Source of the DNA: Ignavibacteriota bacterium
GTDB taxonomy: Bacteria > Bacteroidota > Ignavibacteria > UBA10030 > CAVZMI01
Assembly (NCBI GenBank): GCA_963776275.1
Contig: CAVZMI010000029.1
Coordinates: forward strand, 23,123 to 87,122
Direction: 5' to 3'
DNA: 64,000 nt
Below the pieces are notes generated by a model. It was not told where the DNA came from. It saw only the letters and a list, made by a program, of their open reading frames with translations, and did not search any database. Below, in pieces: positions 61,467 to 64,000 of the stretch; the first letter of the stretch is position 1; the number at the start of each line of letters is the position of its first letter. The translations under genes and the position numbers were made by a program.

Positions 61467-62627
61467 TTATTCAAATGGCAGTATCGGTTCGTCTTTCTTT
61501 TCCGGATCAGGTAGATTGATTAAGAACCAAAGATATTTGACCTGGTTCTCCGGAGAAAGAGAAGATGGTCCAATCGATCCTTCCTTCGGAGAATAATTTT
61601 TTAATTTGATAAGCTCATCGATCTTAACTAAACGCTCAGCCGGCGTCGACTGCATCCAGCTTTCTTTGAATTCCTTTTCTGTCACCTGGCTCTTCACAAC
61701 TATCGCCTCTTGAATAGAGGCCACTGTTGCCTTCTCTATTGTTTCTGTAACCAGGTGGCCGACCAATTCATTTTCTTCTTCAACCGAATTATCAGTCGGA
61801 ATTTGCTCGATGTTCGAAGAGGTAGGTAATTGTGGCCGGCCAAAAATGTCATTGATGTTTGTAGTCAGAGCCGACCTCATAAATTCACGCTTCAAATTCG
61901 GATCTGAAAGAATGAATTTTGGATTGACGGTCACCCGTGGGACAACGAACAGTTTATCCAATTCCTGTGCTGTATAGGTTGGTTTGATCGCCAGGATCGC
62001 CCTGATCACGCGGTTGTAGGCGCCGGTCTCGGCCAATGCATGCTTGTGCTTCTCCACCTGCAGCATGCAGCTTTTGAATTCGCGTTCAATTTTAGTTGTG
62101 CATTCCCGGGTCCCGTATTTGTAGTAATTTTTCTCTCCCTGTTTGTGGGGATCCCAATCAAAAAGCTTACCCGCCATACCCTCCTCTTCGAGTCTGGCTC
62201 GGGTCTCCTTCTCTATCACAAGCAAGTCGACTTCCTTTGATGCGGTCATCGTGATCCACGAACCATCAGGTTTCCGTAGGGCACCTGTCGCACTGAATAC
62301 TAAACTTTTCGGATTACGTCCATCATCCGTGCGTCGAGACCTCTCCGGATCGAAGATGATGCCGGCTGTGTGTGCCAATTTCTGTAAAGCTACTTTTGTT
62401 AATCCGAACTGATTCTTTGTAACCTTAAATACCTCCTTGTTGTCCGGATTAGGGTCGATCTTCACCATTTCGATACTGACCTGCTGAAGGGGCGATATTT
62501 CAAATTGTTGCACAGATGGGTAAAGTACGTTGCATCCTTGCTTTTGCGCATCCGCCAGGGTGGCGATTGCCGTAGTCTTGTCATTTTGTTGTGATGTTGC
62601 TACCATTGTGGTCTCCGTTATGTTCAA
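61467..62627 (-). CDS. hypothetical recombination-module protein (possible single-strand annealing protein)
   Basis: 386 aa. The call rests only on position next to the SbcCD-like genes and on a KHALAETGAYNRVIRAILAIK helix. Family not recognised. Confidence 0.3.
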   Translation of the reverse strand: MNITETTMVATSQQNDKTTAIATLADAQKQGCNVLYPSVQQFEISPLQQVSIEMVKIDPNPDNKEVFKVTKNQFGLTKVALQKLAHTAGIIFDPERSRRTDDGRNPKSLVFSATGALRKPDGSWITMTASKEVDLLVIEKETRARLEEEGMAGKLFDWDPHKQGEKNYYKYGTRECTTKIEREFKSCMLQVEKHKHALAETGAYNRVIRAILAIKPTYTAQELDKLFVVPRVTVNPKFILSDPNLKREFMRSALTTNINDIFGRPQLPTSSNIEQIPTDNSVEEENELVGHLVTETIEKATVASIQEAIVVKSQVTEKEFKESWMQSTPAERLVKIDELIKLKNYSPKEGSIGPSSLSPENQVKYLWFLINLPDPEKKDEPILPFE

Positions 62628-62632
62628 TTCTA

Positions 62633-62923
62633 TTAATTAGGTTCTGATTGATTGAGTTCTGCTTGCCATTTCTTCAATGCTGCGAGATCGTTTTTGCGTT
62701 TCTGATCTTTTCTCCGTTTCCGCCGTGCCTTTTTATCCTCATGAAAAATAAAATGGTAGATGATAACTCCCATTTTCGATACAGATGATCTCGACTTCTT
62801 CCAACCGATAAATAATTTCTCTTTCACACTATCAATGGCACAATCGATACGTACAATTGTATCGAGCATTCGTAATGCCCTCGGCCATTCAATTTCTGTT
62901 ATGCGTTTTCCTTTTAGCGGCAT
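62633..62923 (-). CDS. hypothetical basic protein
   Basis: 96-aa ORF. Confidence 0.4.
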   Translation of the reverse strand: MPLKGKRITEIEWPRALRMLDTIVRIDCAIDSVKEKLFIGWKKSRSSVSKMGVIIYHFIFHEDKKARRKRRKDQKRKNDLAALKKWQAELNQSEPN

Positions 62924-63260
62924 CTGTATCCCTCACCGTATTTAAATAATTTTGTACCAGCTGTTGATCGTGATTGATTTCGTTATATTGCCAATCAAAT
63001 ATTACCCATAAGGGAATGAACGGACGTGTACCGATCTTTATGGTCTGCAATTTTTTATCTTTGAGATACCGCAGAAATGTATTTCGAGATAATCCAATAA
63101 GTTTCACGACTTTCGTAAGTGATAGAAGACTAAAGGGTGTATACTTCGAATTGCTCGATTCCAATATCTGTTCGAGCTTTGCATATTTATTTGAGTCTAA
63201 GCCGGGCTTAGGCTCGTATGCTGGATCGAGAATCGCTGTACCTTTTTCCTGATCACTCAT
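62889..63260 (-). CDS. excisionase/MerR-type HTH DNA-binding protein
   Basis: 123 aa. LSLTKVVKLIGLSRNTFLRYLKDKKLQTIKIGTRPFIPLWVIFDW. Confidence 0.5.
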   Translation of the reverse strand: MSDQEKGTAILDPAYEPKPGLDSNKYAKLEQILESSNSKYTPFSLLSLTKVVKLIGLSRNTFLRYLKDKKLQTIKIGTRPFIPLWVIFDWQYNEINHDQQLVQNYLNTVRDTDAAKRKTHNRN

Positions 63261-63277
63261 TTATATTCTGTCACAAA

Positions 63278-63478
63278 TTATTGTTTCACAGCGGTTATAG
63301 GATTAGAGAGCTTGCCTTTGCGTTTGAGATCGCGCTTGAGAGCCTGATTTACCTCATGCTGAATATCACTACCCTTTGCGGCTGCGATATCTCCATAGAT
63401 TGAATAGAGTTCTCGCATAATCCTGACCGGCATTGGTTTGGTAGATGTGACAGATTCGTTTGACTTTTTAGATTTCAT
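63278..63478 (-). CDS. small Arc/RHH-like protein in the Cro-like position
   Basis: 66 aa. First gene of the leftward operon, opposite the CI-like gene. MPVRIMRELYSIYGDIAAAKGSDIQHEVNQALKRDL. Confidence 0.4.
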   Translation of the reverse strand: MKSKKSNESVTSTKPMPVRIMRELYSIYGDIAAAKGSDIQHEVNQALKRDLKRKGKLSNPITAVKQ

Positions 63479-63520
63479 TGCTTATAGTGGATTTGTTAAC
63501 GTGTGTTAGCTGATGTGAAC

Positions 63521-63549
63521 AATATACACTTATATACTATTGTTGTCAA
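63521..63549 (-). promoter_or_regulatory. sigma70-like leftward promoter
   Basis: On the minus strand: AACTTGACA (box at 63549-63544), 17-nt spacer, TATATT (63526-63521). Confidence 0.5.
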
Positions 63550-63572
63550 GTTAATATTCACTCTTATACAAT
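63543..63572 (+). promoter_or_regulatory. possible rightward promoter for the CI-like gene
   Basis: TTGTCA (63543-63548), 18-nt spacer, TACAAT (63567-63572). Its -35 box overlaps the leftward -35 box back to back. Confidence 0.35.
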
Positions 63573-63591
63573 ATTACAAATATCAGTAATC

Positions 63592-64000
63592 ATGCCAAAA
63601 ATTGACCTTAATATTACTAAGCGATTCATTGAATTTGGACAATCGAAATTTGGCAATGATTTTGGTTGGCAGGCAACTTATGCGAGAAAACTTGGTATAT
63701 CACCACAACAAATGAGCAATATAATCGCGGGCAGATCAATTGTTGGTGAGCCGATACAATTAAGATTAATAAGAATAATGGGTTGTGATATCGAATGGCT
63801 TATGACTGGTAAAAAGGCGAACAATCCACATAACCTATCCGTAAGGGAATCGGCATCATCCTATGGAATAGATGAAAAAGATAAACGGATCAAGGAGCTG
63901 GAGTTGCTTTTGAAGGAAAAAGATGAGACTATTGAAAAACTCTTGCGCGAGAGCGTTCCTGATATTGTTAAATTGTTACTGGAAAAGATAAAAATAACTG
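63592..64000 (+). CDS. CI/XRE-family HTH repressor-like protein (3' end outside the window)
   Basis: Not in the track because there is no stop within the window. MPKIDLNITKRFIEFGQSKFGNDFGWQATYARKLGISPQQMSNIIAGRSIVGEPIQLRLIRIMGCDIEWLMTGK... is an HTH followed by the CI-type WLxxG motif. Confidence 0.65.
   Translation, partial: MPKIDLNITKRFIEFGQSKFGNDFGWQATYARKLGISPQQMSNIIAGRSIVGEPIQLRLIRIMGCDIEWLMTGKKANNPHNLSVRESASSYGIDEKDKRIKELELLLKEKDETIEKLLRESVPDIVKLLLEKIKIT

Noticed and set aside
15842-63260. By my arithmetic, all ten same-strand ORF overlaps longer than 30 nt put the downstream ORF in the +1 frame. This initially suggested genome-wide programmed +1 frameshifting.
   Set aside because: In these A/T-rich, GAA/AAA/GAT/ATT-rich genes the -1 frame is full of NNT-GAN and NNT-AAN stops, while the +1 frame is comparatively stop-poor. 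ORF-track starts of +1-frame neighbours therefore extend artificially upstream. Only MuF/intein, ParB and possibly 36.2-36.5 kb have domain-level evidence for a real frame break, and no shared slippery motif was seen.
1-64000. Stop-codon reassignment (TAG or TGA recoding), as seen in some large phages.
   Set aside because: Standard-code ORFs of 1261, 1155, 803, 728 and 691 aa are intact, and gene packing is continuous. There are no systematic in-frame occurrences of a single stop codon splitting conserved domains.

Overview
The window looks like a continuous stretch of a tailed dsDNA phage genome (free phage, prophage or phage-plasmid). I saw no integrase, tRNA, rRNA, CRISPR array or obvious host gene. 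Almost every gene is on the minus strand, tightly packed, and many are translationally coupled (ATGA, TGATG or TAATG stop/start overlaps). Reading the minus strand from 64 kb down: (1) A divergent switch between a CI/XRE-like repressor (plus strand, runs off the window) and Arc-like/excisionase-like HTH genes (62.6-64.0 kb). (2) A recombination/replication block at 52.5-62.6 kb: possible annealing protein, Mre11/SbcD-like nuclease, DnaQ-fold exonuclease, Rad50/SbcC-like ATPase, a 13x22-aa repeat protein, SSB, and a replisome organizer with iterons inside the gene. (3) A DUF5131 (Gp37/Gp68) gene, TnpB copy 2 and a RecU/Hjc-like resolvase (49.6-52.4 kb). (4) A KhpA-like KH protein and the small and large terminase subunits (46.7-49.6 kb). 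(5) A 16-kb block with its own sigma70-like promoters at 30.6-46.7 kb: DUF932-like protein, SNF2/HARP helicase, HerA/FtsK-type ATPase, a split ParB-like gene, HNH endonucleases and many small ORFs. (6) The head module at 11.7-30.1 kb: portal, a MuF-like gene carrying an HNH intein, a run of polyvalent-protein-type genes (1261-aa ParB-nuclease-like protein, Zeta-toxin-like kinase, 1155-aa SNF2 helicase), protease-scaffold and major capsid protein. (7) An SGNH tail fibre and other virion genes (0-10.7 kb), interrupted by a plus-strand RHH-TnpB-omegaRNA cassette (5.0-6.3 kb) and a plus-strand pair of small secreted Cys-rich proteins (3.4-4.0 kb). The observations most worth follow-up are the two divergent, TnpA-less TnpB/omegaRNA units, the split polyvalent gene set in the head module, the frame-broken intein in the MuF HPxCRC motif, and the repeat protein whose variation is confined to five positions. 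All family assignments come from motifs read by eye. No database search was run.
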